Assembly (NCBI RefSeq): GCF_006345805.1
Contig: NC_043004.1
Location: 14,880,001-14,944,000, forward strand
DNA length: 64,000 nt
From: Octopus sinensis
Lineage: Eukaryota
Reading direction: 5' to 3'
Below the pieces are notes generated by a model. That model was not told the DNA's origin and made no database searches. It worked only from the letters and a program-made list of their open reading frames with translations. Position numbers and translations under genes: made by a program. Positions 25,201-40,085 of the stretch are shown here, in pieces; the first letter of the stretch is position 1, and every line of letters begins with the position of its first letter.

Positions 25201-26859
25201 ACATCAGATATTATCTATGAAAAGTTATAAAAACACAGGTAGTAATATCTATTCAATCATATACTTACTATATTGTTTTAACCCTACTTATTAAACTGAA
25301 TTTTATGCACTTAGTTTCTGTAATAGAATTAATTTTATATGTATCCATGAACTTCAATCTTTTTTATTCCACTATTAATAATGTTACTCCTATTTACGTA
25401 TAATTTGAGTGCATATGAATTTATCGGAATATGATTGTTTACAATAACACACAAAATTGTTTATTAGCCTTTTCAATTTTATTAAATAGATTTACGCTGT
25501 TTTATTCGCGTTTAATTTTTTAATTGTTAGCATATTGCAGTTTGCACGCAGGAAGGAAACTCCTAATTTTCATCTTAAAATTCTCATCACCGAAAACTTA
25601 ATTATTTCTATTCCAAACACTATCAGCACGGGATCCTTACACATATACTGAAATATAATTAAATTAAATTAATACTGTATAAATTTCTCTTTATATTGTA
25701 AATTCCACTGCTTATTTAACTCAAATATTTTCCAATAATACAAAATATGTCAGATCATTGTTTTCTATTAACAACGTATATCACATTAATAATAATAGAC
25801 TTATATACTATTGAATTTCCTTATTGTCTATTCTTTTTTATATACGTACACTTATTTCGCTATTAGAAACAGTTAATCATGCTACGCAAAATCTATAAGC
25901 ATTAAAATTTTAAAACTATGCTTTCTTAGTTTTTTTTTTAGTATTCTTAACTAACGGATACACACGTTTTCAAATTTTTCAATTTTCCTTTCACACGCGG
26001 ACGCTTTCACGTGTTCATTGATTCAGCCTTGAATACATCATAACTCTTCGTAATTTTGTTAGATAAAAAGTATATTTAAATACCACTATATTTATATATT
26101 TCTAAATACCGCTGTAACATTTTTAGAAAGTAAAAGCCTAAATACATTGCATCATACGTTAAATCAAAATTTTAAAAGCAGTAATAGATGACTATATACG
26201 TGCTTAACCATTGGTTCACTTTATGGTATTTACAGTTAAATATTTGTGGAGATATCGGAAAACCGATTTGTGGAGATATCGTATCGTTATGAATGCAGAT
26301 ATACAAAGATAGAAATATTTCATATTGAATCAGAAGAGGTACTGCCAGAAATAACAGAAATGTTGGAAGAAAGAGAGAATGGACGTCAAGTAACGTTTTA
26401 GATCAATAGTTTGATAAAGTGAGATAGATCAGAAGCAAAAAGAGAAAGAAATTGGATAAAGTGAGGCGTGTAAGGAAGTAGCAATCTGTAGTTAGAAACT
26501 TATTTGTTTGAAACAATAATTTCAAAAGAGTAACGTAGTAAAATATTTATATTTAGCTATGTATATAAATTTTACTTTTAAGGAATATAATAAAACAAAT
26601 ATATAACTTTTAAGATAATAGATTTCAAATTTTGGCATAAGGACTGCAATTTCGAGGTAGGAGTAAGTCGATCACAGTAACCCCTGTTTTGAACTGTTAC
26701 TTATTTTATCGACATCGGCAGAACTGGAATTCAGAAGATAAAGATAGACAAAATGCCGCAAAGCATCTTTCCAGTGTACAAGCGGTTCTGCCACCTTGCC
26801 ACCATATATTATTATTCATTAATTGTCCATTTATGAAATTAATTGGAAGGACAGTTTCT

Positions 26860-27090
26860 TATTACTTTATTGCCCACAAGGGTCTAAACATAGAGGGGAC
26901 AACCAAGGACAGACAAAGGCATTAAGTCGATTATATCGACCCCAGTGCGTAACTGGTACTTTATTTATCGACCCCGAAACGATGAAAGGCAAAGTCGACC
27001 TCGGCGTAATTTGAACTCAGAACGTTACGGCAGACGAAATACCGATTAGTATTTCGCCCGGCGTGTTAACGTTCCTACCAGCTCGCCTTG
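26860..27090 (-). mobile_element. SINE, same family as 2111-2236
   Basis: Reverse-complement match of the cgaccccagtgcgtaactggtact...cgaccccgaaacgatgaaaggc segment and the ggacagacaaag tail. Confidence 0.75.
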
Positions 27091-30000
27091 GCAGGACAGT
27101 TTCTGTTTGAGCTAAAAACAGGAAAGGAGGTAGATGCCAAGACACTTTCTAATCTTTCCAAGTTTAGTAGGAGTCAAGATGTAATCCCTAAGCTTGAGGT
27201 CTGAGCCAACTTATTGCACCAGGGACCTTATTTCAACAGGCCCGTAAGTGGTCAGGTGGTAGTGTTAAGGATACGAGTTTAGTAGCATAAGGGGTTTAAG
27301 TGAATATGCGACAAGAAGTTTGCTTCTCAACCAGATAGTTCCAGGTTTATTCCCACTGCGTCGTAACTAGATCAAGTGTCTTCTAATAAAACCTCGCGTC
27401 ACCCAAAACCTTGTGATTGTATTTGCTAGACTGAAATTTAAAGAGGCCCGTCGTATATATAAAAATATGTGTGTGTGTGTGTGTGCGTACGTCTGTAACT
27501 TTCTGTCTCAATTTGTCCCCACCATCGCTTGAGAAAATGTGTTAATGCAAGCTTGCAGTTCGGCTAAAGAAACAATATGTACTAGTCTTAAAATAAAGAA
27601 CTATGGCCAACTAAATCTTTCGATTAAAATTCTCCAATTGGCGCCCCAGTATGACTGCAATCTAGGGACTGAAACGAGTAACAGAAAAGATAAAAGAAGA
27701 AAGAAATAAAAGAAGGATATTTATATTTCTAGAATTAACATGTTCTAAGTATGGATGAGTACTCAGATCGCAAACGTGCCAAGTCGACAGTCTTGAAAAT
27801 TATGTGTATAGGGTTCAGAAAAAGTAGACACAAGAAGCTAAGAAGAGACGTGGAAGGTAAAAGAAAACGAGAGGTTGAGAAGCAGTAGGACAACAAAGAC
27901 GAAGGCAAAACTAGATAAAAACTAACAGTATTTCATGAATGACTGTAGACTGATGGTAGGTAATGTGCAATGTAATTTAGACAGATATCGACTTAAAACA
28001 TTTCATAATTTTACTAGTATTATATATTTAATGTTGGAGCTCATAATACATTACAATTCGGAGTTTCTAATCGGAGACTTGCAGCCAGGTACATGCAACC
28101 ATTTGCTTATAGTGAGCATCAACAAACATTGAAATATGTTGGTCTGATTGGCAGAACTGTTAGTCCACCGGGTAAATCTCATTAAGTACCTTCCCTGAAA
28201 CTTTAGGAGTTCAAACCTTGCAGAGCTCGATATAGCCTGTCTTCCATCTCACTCGGTTGGATAAAGGTGACAGAATAATGAAACCTTTACTTCTAATGCT
28301 TTTTCTTTTTCTCTTTTTCTCACACTTTCATAATAATCTACACATGGTGAGAGCTTCAGGAGGGGCTACTAAAAGAAATATCTTTTGTCTCTAATTCACA
28401 GAAGACTTTTTATTGAATGACTATTGAATGTATTCAAAATTATGCAGTCTAACCGCTATAATATGAAATTATCAGATTGCGAGTGTATACGATTCCCCCC
28501 CCACACACATACATTTCTTATGTGCGTGCTTGTGTGTGTAAACTGATGTTTTGCGTAGAGCATTCATTTTTTTAATGTAAAATAGTTTATCATTGTCAAT
28601 ATTAGTTCTAGATCAGAATAATTACTTTCGATTGTTTAAACATATCCGGTTTAATATATCTCAATATAAAACTGAAAGGCTAATGCTGAATAATACTTAA
28701 ATATATAAAACCCCATACATTAATGATGACAAATTCTTCCACATATTTACATTAATATATATATATATTAAATGAGTATTTTAAATTTTCATTTATCTCA
28801 GAAAACGAGAGTGGTGGTGGAATATTGGCCAAATAGTATAAAATAGCAATAACATAGTTATTCATTGTTTGGTAAGACTGTGTGTATCGTAGCGTAAGCC
28901 TGGTTTATGAGAAAATAATTATATTGATATTCATAGAACACACGTGAATAAAAAAATTCTAAGTGCTAAAGGAATTAGTTGATTTAGCTATGATACTCAA
29001 GTACATACCTCTATCAATAAACCTTTACTCAATTATTAGAAAATTTAATTTTGCAATGACTTATTTTATTTTTGGAAAAATATTTACTATCATAATCATG
29101 CTGTAGTTTATAACTTGGACAATCTAGTAACTGTTACTTTGAGATGTTAACTTAATGAATTTGATATTCCGCTTATTTAAAGAGAACGTGAGAACAAGGC
29201 TGTATTTTTCATGTACATTCAAGAAGTCGTTGGGGCGTCGGATTTCGAATAAGAGCGTCTCTGTGTCTGAGGTCAAATCCCGCCGACACTGAATTGGATT
29301 TAATCTTCCGGGGTGATTAAAATGTATCAGCTTAAAGCGCAGTATTGTATGTTGGAAATATGAATTACAAATTTTGTTCCGGATCTTTGCGTTCAGTAGT
29401 GTAACATCAATCAGGTAGTTAAACAGTCGCCCTGTATAACATCAACATCTGGTACACGTGGTACATTTATCGACGTTCATCCAATACTGATTGTCCCTCT
29501 CCTCTCCTCCCACCCTTTCAGAAACCTTTTAATTGTTTCATGTGTACTGCAACTTTTTCTGATTCAAATACAAGACGGCCAAAGTAGAATTCTCTAAACT
29601 AAATTTATTAGGGCTGTAAATAAATACTTTGTCAGGAAAATCACCTTTATTGTCATTAGAAATAATGAATCTAATTCTGGAACACTTGTGCTAGGTTAAA
29701 ACTAGAGTTGCTAGTTCTCCGTGCAAGCTGATTTGTGGTACCTTTCTAATATTCTTTAAAAGATCCTTAACATGGAGAAAACACAACAAATGCAAAATAA
29801 AGTGTTTCTTACAGTACACAAACTAAAGTGCATGGATTATATCAACATCAGCACTTCAAACAAATTCAGAGAGATAAAAAGAACAATTACGATATGCAAA
29901 TGCCGCATTTATACAGGTAGCAAAATTCTTGTGATATTTGTTTGAGTAAGCAAATAGTGAACCCATGGTGGATGCATAAGTTGAGCTCAATCTAGACCGT

Positions 30001-30099
30001 TGACTTTTCATGTGTGTAACGATATTTTTAATGAATTTAAGAATATGGAAAATAAATGTGATGCTGAAAATTTTACATGAATCAAATTCACAAAATAGA

Positions 30100-30142
<43 letters not shown>

Positions 30143-30156
30143 TAATAATAATAATG

Positions 30157-30208
<52 letters not shown>
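30100..30208. repeat. (AAT)n microsatellite
   Basis: Direct reading. Confidence 0.97.
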
Positions 30209-30209
<1 letters not shown>

Positions 30210-30796
30210 CTTGAGTTTAGATCTACGAATGTTTTCAAAGTACTTTCTGTTTATATTTAATTTTATTTCATATAACATAATTTTTGATCCACAAAATGCC
30301 AAAGATGTCTTATGTTGAAAGTAATTGTAAATACGACTAAATAGCCGTTAATTTACAGTATAAACTCAGTCTCGTGGCCAAAGATATAGGATTCGTAAGT
30401 CTCATTAATGATGCAACCAAAGACTGTCAGCTGGAAAAGTTGTTAGAGTTTCGTAAAAAATGTTTTGCGGTATTTCCTTCGGTTGTTTATGTTTTGAGTT
30501 CAAAACTCGTCCCAGTCACCTTTGCTCGTGAAACGATCAAGGGCGATGAAATATTGTACCAATAAAGGAATCAAATCAGAAACCATTAACAATGCCGCAC
30601 ATAAAAATAGAATGTTCTAACGTCTTCCATAAAAAAGTATTGCATATAGTCTAGTCAAAAGAGGATTACACTTCTTAATTGTGGCAGAATCGTTAACACA
30701 GCGGGCATTTGAGTTAAACAACATTGATTGATTTCAAGGAATACTGGAAAGTATCTTATATTAATGTTGGTGTTCAGTTACATTCTTTCATTAAAG

Positions 30797-30831
<35 letters not shown>

Positions 30832-31554
30832 TGTGAATAAATGTGTGAAGAGTTCAGTACAAAAGTCGGCGAAAGAATGTCTATTGTGCTTCTGACTATA
30901 CCCAGGTATGATTAAGTATTCTGGTATGTATATATTAATAAGTGCATGCATACGATGTGGAACTTAATTTGTTACTATAAAGACTTTGTTTGTCGATGTA
31001 GATTAATTTTAAATGTTCTTTGTTTTTTAAGAGTCGAAATAACAAAGCCACTGAGTTACATTGAGAATGTCATCTCTGTGCATATTGAAATGATTTTGAA
31101 GTTTAAAATTCTTTATTGCTAGTTAATATAACTTAACATAAAAGCTAAAATTCTTCAGAAGTTATACATAAAAGGTAAGACTGTGCAGAATTTATGAAGC
31201 GGAAATTAAAATTTGGCAATTTCTTTCAGGATAAATATCAACAAAATCCAGCTTGACGTATGTTATTTTAAATATGATTATCGAAAATCATTTCTTGTTC
31301 AAGAAACCTCCAAAACATTTTTTCATATTGCTGGTTTTTTAATTGTTTTTTTTTTATTGTTTTTTTTTTAGCAAGGTTTAAAATATTAACAAAGTTTAAA
31401 ATATTAACATTTGTGGGTTTTCAGTATTCGCAATCAACATATGCTAAATAATTATCTGTAATCTGGTCATGTCATCGATTGTGGTATTTTATAAGAATAT
31501 GCTTCATCTACTACAATGGCGACAACAGCTAGTTTTGAACAAACTGATATATAT

Positions 31555-31760
31555 ATACGTGTACCCTTAACGTATTTCTCGGGGAGATTCAGCGTGACAC
31601 AGTATGTGACAAGGTTGGCCTTTTGAAATACAGGTACAACGGAAACAAGAAGAAAGAGTGAGAGAAAGTTGCGGTGAAAGATTACAGCAGGGTTCACCCC
31701 TCCCGGCCGGAGCTTTGTGGAGCTTTTAAACACTCAATAAATGCTTACAACACCCGGCTG
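31555..31760 (-). mobile_element. SINE, same family as 41994-42365
   Basis: gagattcagcgtgacacagtatgtgacaaggttggcc mirrors ccagccttgtcacactttgtgtcacgctgaatct. Confidence 0.7.
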
Positions 31761-34757
31761 TAACTGTCAAAGTCTTGGGTCTTGACACAGATTTATCAAA
31801 TAAGCTGTCCCTAAACTTATAGTTCTCATTCATGAATTAGGAAAATTGCAACTATATCAATACAATTATCGCGCTTAGTGGCGTTTCGCCAGGCTTTACG
31901 TTCACATACCACCGGGGTCGACTTTGCCTTTCATCCTTTCGAAGTTGATACAATAGGTACCTGTTGAGCAGTGGGATTGATGCAATCGACTTGGCTCATC
32001 ACCCGAAATGGCTGGTTTGTGTTCAATTTTGAAATCAGTATTATTATCAGTTTTCTAATAGTCACCAAAGTACGAACATACCACCCAGCAGTCAGATCAG
32101 TTCCAAATGCCATTACACCTTTTAAAAAGTACGCTACGGATACATTAGGCTTAGAGCAACACGCTATGTATGCAGTTGGCTTTGACAATATGTGTACATT
32201 GCCTGGATTTATTTGATTAAGCAATTTAATCTTAATCTGTTTAATTGACGAGTTTTTATATCGGTCTTATAGCAAATAAAGAAATTACTGGGAAAATCAC
32301 TTACTTCGGTATTTTGATTAAAATAGGATTTGCATACATATGGTCAATTGGGAATTTATGTTTATAATACGTGATAAATTATCTGCTTAATTTGCACATA
32401 AATATGCATGTGTTTGTGCATAATCCATGTATATGGGTATGATAAACAACATGTATTTTTGGAATGTAATTTGGGGAAACTATCCAAAATCAGGCTGGTG
32501 CTTAATTGATGGTAATTTATGTATTCTTTGCTCTTCCTGTGCATTTGACGTTTTGGGAAATTAAGGTTGTCAATTAAAAACGCTGTTGATAACTTTAAAA
32601 ATGTTTTGCAATAATGTAAACACAATGATTTTAATATAAAGAAATATTAATTTGCTAGTTAACAATCTAATTAATTTTACAAACCTTGTCTTGTATTATA
32701 TTACGGTACGTGAAATATGCATGTATACAGTATGCACAAAATAATTACGCTGATAGGGAGATACTTAGATGATCGAATGTGCAAGGAAACCGCCTTAAAA
32801 AATATCACGGGATTAGATATGCTTCGTGTATGTGTATTCTTACTGTGATGGAATAACAAGATTTGAAATAGACTAGACGTATCCTGCAATGGTAAAGGAC
32901 ACTATAAATTGCAATTTTATGTGTAACCTACTTTAAATGTAGCAGGCTACAGCAAATACTGCCTAAAATAGTATATGTGTTTGTTTGTGTATATGTGCTT
33001 GCGTGTTTTTGCGTGTGTGCGTGTGTTTGTGTGCATATTTATGTATTCTCTTCCTGAGTCATAATCTTAGACGAAGCATTATGATGTGAGTGCAAACCTC
33101 AGTGTTTAGATTCCATACCAAGAGGCTGAGAGCAAGAAACGTAAAAAACTTTAATTATTCCCAGGTAATTATTTGTACGAGTTCTTTTTCTCCAGCGAAT
33201 CTTAACAAATTGCTTCTCAACTATTTCGTTGCCACATCAATGGCCCTTATCTTGTATTCTCTATTTACTGGTAAATGTAACACTGATATCGAAGTTTCGA
33301 GGCAGCCTTAATACAATTCCTGAAATGATACAAAGTATGTTGACAACGAAACGCTGGTTATTATTTTCTGTACTTGACAAACCGCTAAGCAATTATCAAA
33401 ATATAATGTGAAAAGTCAACACATACCATATTACTAAAACCAATTATCTAAGTGCCACCGAAAACACTATTTCGAAATCGAGGAAACAGAATTTACAACC
33501 GTAAATAGAGACGTACATTTCTGTCCAAACCATAAAAATAACAAACAGAAGCAATACCAATGCAATTCTCAACCGCACTAAAATGATTGAATGCAGACTA
33601 TAAGGTTGGGAAGATCTTCAAATTTGATGGACAGTAGAAATTTGAGACTCGTAAAGAAAAAGAAAACAAAAACACGTCAATCAAATGTAAATACTGGATC
33701 ATTCGTGGTCTTCTTTTTTTAAAACACGTTTACACAAGTGCAAAACTTCACATACATCCCAACCACGCAGGAAATCTTTCTCGCTAGGTGATTTAGCCAG
33801 ATAATTTGATTATACATAGTCTTCCGCACAACAATCACATGCCTTATATTCCTTCCTATGTGCAGCTATAGACCCATATTAATTTTAAAATCTATTCTCT
33901 AGGCAAGCAGTTGCAACTGTTTTAAAGCCATAATAGAATATTTTATAATATATGAAAACAAAACCATTGTATCTGATATACTGAGAGTTTCATCTACTAA
34001 ACTTTCTTCTTCCAGTCATATTGCTATACGATTAAAAAAATAGCATTGTATTTCACAGAAGTAAATATACAATGAAACGAAAATCGACATTTCGAGAAAT
34101 GCTATTGACAGTTGTCAGCGTTTGCAGGATTGATGCTTTGAAATTAAAACTAAGTATCGTTTGAAATATTTTAGCAATATTAAGCATGTTTCATTACTGT
34201 GAAATAGTTTTGATGAAATGCGTTAGAGAAATACTATTGAAACTTGTCAGCGTTTTGATTTTTGATAACCATCTTTGAGATAATATTGTTCGGAAGCTTT
34301 GAAACAGAAATAATAGACATGCATCTTATCTTTTCACAACTCGTCTTTCTTTCTACCCTCTCCTTTCACTCTAGTCAATCTACATCATCCTCATGTTACT
34401 CTATCAACCTGTATTTGACCTATATCATTTATTATTCTCATTTTACCATTGATATCATTGCTGTAATTAGCTTTAGTTACTTAAACGAAATTCCACTTCA
34501 TCAGTTATGTTGATAACTGTTCCAGTGAGACTTTCTACTTTTCTGTTTTCAGTCAACTCTTCTTCAGATTTCATTACAAAACACCCTAATTTAAAAAAAA
34601 GTCATCTGTTTTTCTCAGTCACTGAAGCTATTCTATCTTTGGCTTGGCATTACTACTTTGGTTCGCTACATTCAATGCTGTTTATGAACATGATAGATCG
34701 TTAGTTACTACACACATTTTTTTCTCCTTGTTTCTCTCCTTGTTTTTTTTCTGTGTA

Positions 34758-34795
34758 TCTTTCTGTAGAAGAGCGTAGGCTCGAAACGTAATAGA
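34758..34795 (+). ncRNA. Degenerate minimal hammerhead motif (Penelope-type)
   Basis: UCUUU-CUGUAGA-A-GAGC(GUAG)GCUC-GAAA-CGU-A^AUAGA: perfect 4-bp stem II, palindromic ACGU stem III, stem I 4/5; core has A6U and an extra A. Confidence 0.5.
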
Positions 34796-34883
34796 CTTTT
34801 TCTATTCCTGAGCGCTATACTAATACATCTGTTTGTTTGTACACCACCTGCCTTCGACTTTTGTTTATTTTCGTAAACTTTCT

Positions 34884-34921
<38 letters not shown>

Positions 34922-36485
34922 TAGTGTAGATTTAAACACAAAAGAGGTGACCCTAACAAGACACTTTACATGCTAGATGCAACAGTGAAAATCCAAACCA
35001 CGTTTAAGTGCAATTTCGAAGGGAATGAAAAATAATAAACATTTGCCATTCTTTGTTGCCGGACTTACGTTTCGAACTTAAATTAACGAATAAAACAATT
35101 TGCTAGGTAACCTAGATTACTCTTTGCACATTCAGATTCATTTTCATTTGGGTTTAGACACTATTTAATGAACATATAGAACACAAAATAAAAAAAGTTA
35201 ACAGCAAAATAAGAAGTTATATGTTGAGAACGTGATTTTCATATTGCATACTGTATATATTAATTTATCTTGAGACATATCGTCATCTGCAAAACAAAAA
35301 GGATGCAACAATTTATACTATCGCCACACGCCTTATACGAAACTACTGATGTGAATAAATATGATGAAAATAGCCCAGTTTCTCTTTAAAATCTAAATAA
35401 ATGTGATTCACTATTTCAGACATAAATGCCACTGAAACTGAGACAGAAAAGTCACTATAAATCACCAGAAAATGATAATCGATTTCAATGCAGTGGCTGG
35501 CTGAGATTCGGTTGGTTTCAGCATGAAAAATCGTAATCAGTAATCATAAACACTCTGCATAATGTATCTTTAATTTTTATGCTGTCTTCAAGATAATGTA
35601 TCACCAATTGCATTATCTGAAGAAACCCGATCTACATCTAATATGTTTACTGTAGCGCTCGAAAACACTGCTATCATTTGGAAATATACAATACATTCAA
35701 TGTTGATTTCACTGGCAGTGGGAACAGAAAATAAAACACATCTACAAACTGTACATCGCTATTCTTATAGAAACGACATATGGCGATGTATATGTATGTT
35801 TGTGTGTCTGTGTGTGTATACGTGCGTTTATGTCTGTATGTGTGTTTGTATGTATGTATATCATGTCAAGTTTATGTTGTTTTACATAGTTGAATTACTT
35901 CGATATTTTCAATATCAGTGTTCTTTACCAATGTGCTTTACAATTTTTCTGGCATATCTATTAAATGTTGAATTCTCTGTTTTGGGTACTAAGTTACCAT
36001 AAAATATCACCAGGACAGTTTCAGCAACAAAAGTATGAAAATTAGAAACGGCACATTATATCGGAGAAATAAAATTGATATTAAATCGAAAGAGAAAAAC
36101 CGGTATAGATATGTGATATAAAATAAATGCATTCAACTTCTTATTTGTAACATAAATGTTAAATTAGAGAAATACGTGTATGTTTCTCACTTTCCACTGA
36201 AATATTTCCTGCTTACATACTCATGACTACATCATTTTTAATCACTATATTTTTCAATAAAATAGGAACCTGAAGCATGGTAATATGTCTGTATCACATA
36301 CAGATTGTAGTTTTAGATATAAATGAAAATATGCAAATAAATTCGTAAGACTATAACTTAGGTGCACTAAATATTTTCCAGCCTGCATGTATAATATATG
36401 CGTGTGAATGATAGTATGTACGAATCTATACATGCGTACATACATACATATAAATGTATAGGTATATACATATCGGTATATATAC

Positions 36486-36522
<37 letters not shown>

Positions 36523-36670
36523 AACATGTACAAACATACACACACGCACGCAGGCTAACACACCCTAGACACATACACAAAACACGCATACATGCACACA
36601 CATACACTCACATACGTACACACATATACGCACGTCACACCTGCACATACATAAATAACAACCATTCTTC

Positions 36671-36709
<39 letters not shown>

Positions 36710-36931
36710 TGTGTGTATACATATATCCGTCTGTTTGTGTGCGCATATCAAGTGTTCAAATTAAGATATAAAAGGAGTCTCTATGTATTTCTAAATATGT
36801 ATTTATGTACGTACATATTTAAACAGTCAAACACTCTTTTCTCTAACATTGAATATGCGAAGTTAAATGTGGAACTATCTAATGTGTGTATGTTGTAGAC
36901 TGTTTGTGTGCATGTGTTCATGTGTGTGTAC

Positions 36932-36977
<46 letters not shown>

Positions 36978-39450
36978 GTATATTTGTGACATATATAAAT
37001 CAGAGCATGTATAAGTATTTCTTTTCTGCCACTAAATGTTTTAAACATGGTTTTACTTTAATATGAATTATTGTTTTTTCTAACTAGTCTATCACGTTAA
37101 TTCAATTAAATTTATTAATCATTTCAATTTATTAACACATTTCATTCCCATGATAAACGTATTTATCTAATACATGTTAATCGTCATTATAGTAACCTCA
37201 AATTTCAATTTAATTTCTTATTCTACTATCGTTCTTGTCATTTTGATCGTATGCATTCATTAAGTAGTTGAGTTTGTTTCGGTACTGTGGCAACTTCCTC
37301 TCGGTATATATGTATGTGCGTACGGTTGTATGTATACATCAATAGATTAACTTTATACGAAAAATTTGTGACTAGAACACTTTATTGAAATATTATGATG
37401 TCAAAATAACTCCAAATTGAAAATATTTAACTAATCTGCTTCTGATGAGATGACGAACGAGATATTAGTTATATAAATATATGTAGACAAATTCCATAGA
37501 GTTTTATTTGTTAATGTAGTGTTAACATAAACAATAATACAATCAACCATACTTCATATATATTTGCAGATTATCATATATATGTTGATGAATATGATGT
37601 ATCAATAAATATATAATTGGCATTAACACACACCAACCACCACGCTGTTTAAGTCACCTGTAGCTGATGAATTAACTAATATGCCAAAACATGCACGGTG
37701 TATTATATTTTAAAAATCTTAAATATGTAAATCTTAATCTTGAAGAACAAGTACTTTTCACTTGATAATTTTTACATTTCTATATGGTATTTATTTGAAT
37801 TATAATTGTTTAAATTGGATACCCTAAATATCAAAAGCCATACTTTAAGCTATGCTATCACTATCATATTGTAGAATCCATATCAGTGTTTCTTACAGAA
37901 TTTAATCAACGACATCTGACTTCCCGTATTAGTTTCATTGTGAATCAAAATAGTATATTATATATTTCATATATTTTTAGAATTTCAGAACGACACTAGC
38001 GCATACATACATGATTCTACATACACAGTTATTTTTAAGATATATACGTTGTGCATATATAACTAGTTTCCCAATTACCGCGCACTATAGAAATGTCAGG
38101 TGTTCTTTGTGTGTTGTTATAATTAAAAATATGAGAGAACATTTGCAAGCGCTTATTTGAATGTAGAATTGTAAATTAAAACATTTGACATAATTTTGTA
38201 AATGAATGGGAATGATGGTAATGGCGGATTTTAAATGGAGAAATATCGTATTACATGTCATGTCACGTTTTTACTGTAATTCTTAAATGTTATTGTAGTT
38301 ACTTTCGCATATTGATTATTAAGTGGTTCTCAATCATTGTTCCGCAAGGTGAAAATCGCTTAACTGTTGGTAACTAACAATATGCTTTCAAGCATTAGAA
38401 TATTAACAGTTGAAGTCTTGTAAATTGTTTTATACGGAATCTGATTGTATTTTAACGAGCTATGTAGTAATCTTTTATACAGGTTATCTCGAAAACAATT
38501 TGCTTAAAATTGTGTAAGGAGTGGGCGAGTAAGTTCCCTTTATTCAACTGTTGATCTAAACTGTAGGTAACTGCTACACCAGTTAGTATGTATTAGTAAA
38601 AGTATGTATAGATATATGTATTATTATGTACGTATACACACACACACACGCATATATATAATATATGTGTGTATGTGTGTATATATGTATTTATGTATAT
38701 ATATATATATATATATACACATACATATGATTACGACTACTGAGTTAGAAACACGTGTCCAAAACTGTGCTTTTGCTGACAATAAGCCTGTCATTTTACG
38801 TAATGGCACGCCAAATGCTGAAAGTTCTAAGAAGAGATAATTTTCCTGAATCAAAAATTATGTTGAGCATATACCCAGGTATATGTGTATATGTCTGTTT
38901 GCATCTGAGGCTTGCTACCCGGATAGAAATCAATTTACTTATGAAATCTAACAAGACCGAAACATGCATCTGATTCCTAGTAGTTTACTTGAAAAGCAGA
39001 CCCATCTCAATCTGAACTGTCTATGGTAAAAAATTACAGGTCCTTTCATTTGATGAAAGTTTGTCAGACAATTGCTTGGATGTGCCCTTGTTGATCGACA
39101 TACTTCAACGAATTACACTATATATGTGAGAACATCGTACATGTTTAATGCCAACGTCTCTGTGCAATTTCCCATCACCTATTGATATATACTCTTTTTA
39201 GAATATGTTGAGACAAAAATTTGTCTTCTGAGTTCGACGTTTGTTTTAAGATTCAGCGCAGCCTGTATCTGCACTTTTTATATTTTCTGATATAAAGTAG
39301 GTGCAGGTCAGATTATGTGGAAATAATTTTGTTTCCTCAGCGACATAGTTTCTGGTTATCTTGTTTATGTTCGCTCTTCGCTGCTTCGCCAAATCTATTC
39401 ATTCTTACCTTGCATCGACCCCATATAACCTAGTGAGTGGTCTATATATG

Positions 39451-39504
<54 letters not shown>

Positions 39505-39544
39505 CACTTTATTAAAAGCAGCAGAAAATTCAACAAAACCTGTT

Positions 39545-39578
39545 ACTCTGAGTTTCACGTTGCCGTTCGTCGGAGAGT
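39545..39578 (-). ncRNA. Degenerate minimal hammerhead motif (Penelope-type)
   Basis: Minus strand ACUCU-CCGACGA-ACG(GCAA)CGU-GAAA-C-UC^AGAGU: perfect 5-bp stem I, GNRA-capped stem II, vestigial stem III, U4C core change. Confidence 0.6.
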
Positions 39579-39581
39579 TTT

Positions 39582-39637
39582 TGTGTGTATTTATATTTCA
39601 TATATATATATATATATATGAAATATAAATACACACA
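39582..39637. repeat. Perfect 56-bp palindrome next to the 39545 HHR
   Basis: tgtgtgtatttatatttca-(ta)9-tgaaatataaatacacaca. Confidence 0.9.
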
Positions 39638-39918
39638 CACGCACACACAGATACACACACACATATATACAAAGAGAGAGAGAGAGAATTTTTGTTTTTA
39701 CATTTTAACCATGGAAGAGGAATGAGTTTACCAGCTAATTCCATGTAAAATCTAGTGGCTAATAATTAATCACCTCAATATATTACCTCGTATAATATAT
39801 ATATGTGTGTGTATATGTATGCATATATATATGTGTGTGTGTGTGTACGTATATATATATATATATATATATGATGTATAAATATATATATATATATGTG
39901 TATATATATATATATATA

Positions 39919-39954
<36 letters not shown>

Positions 39955-39982
39955 TATATATGTGTGTGTATGTATATATATA

Positions 39983-40085
<103 letters not shown>

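Noticed and set aside
26242-26281. 16-bp direct repeat atttgtggagatatcg with an 8-nt spacer
   Set aside because: Isolated micro-duplication with no element or array context.
31931-32224. Overlapping ORFs on both strands
   Set aside because: Partly SINE-derived and no recognisable motif.
37441-37470. CTGATGAGATGACGAAC as an HHR
   Set aside because: One-base-pair stem II, GAAC instead of GAAA, no stem I/III.
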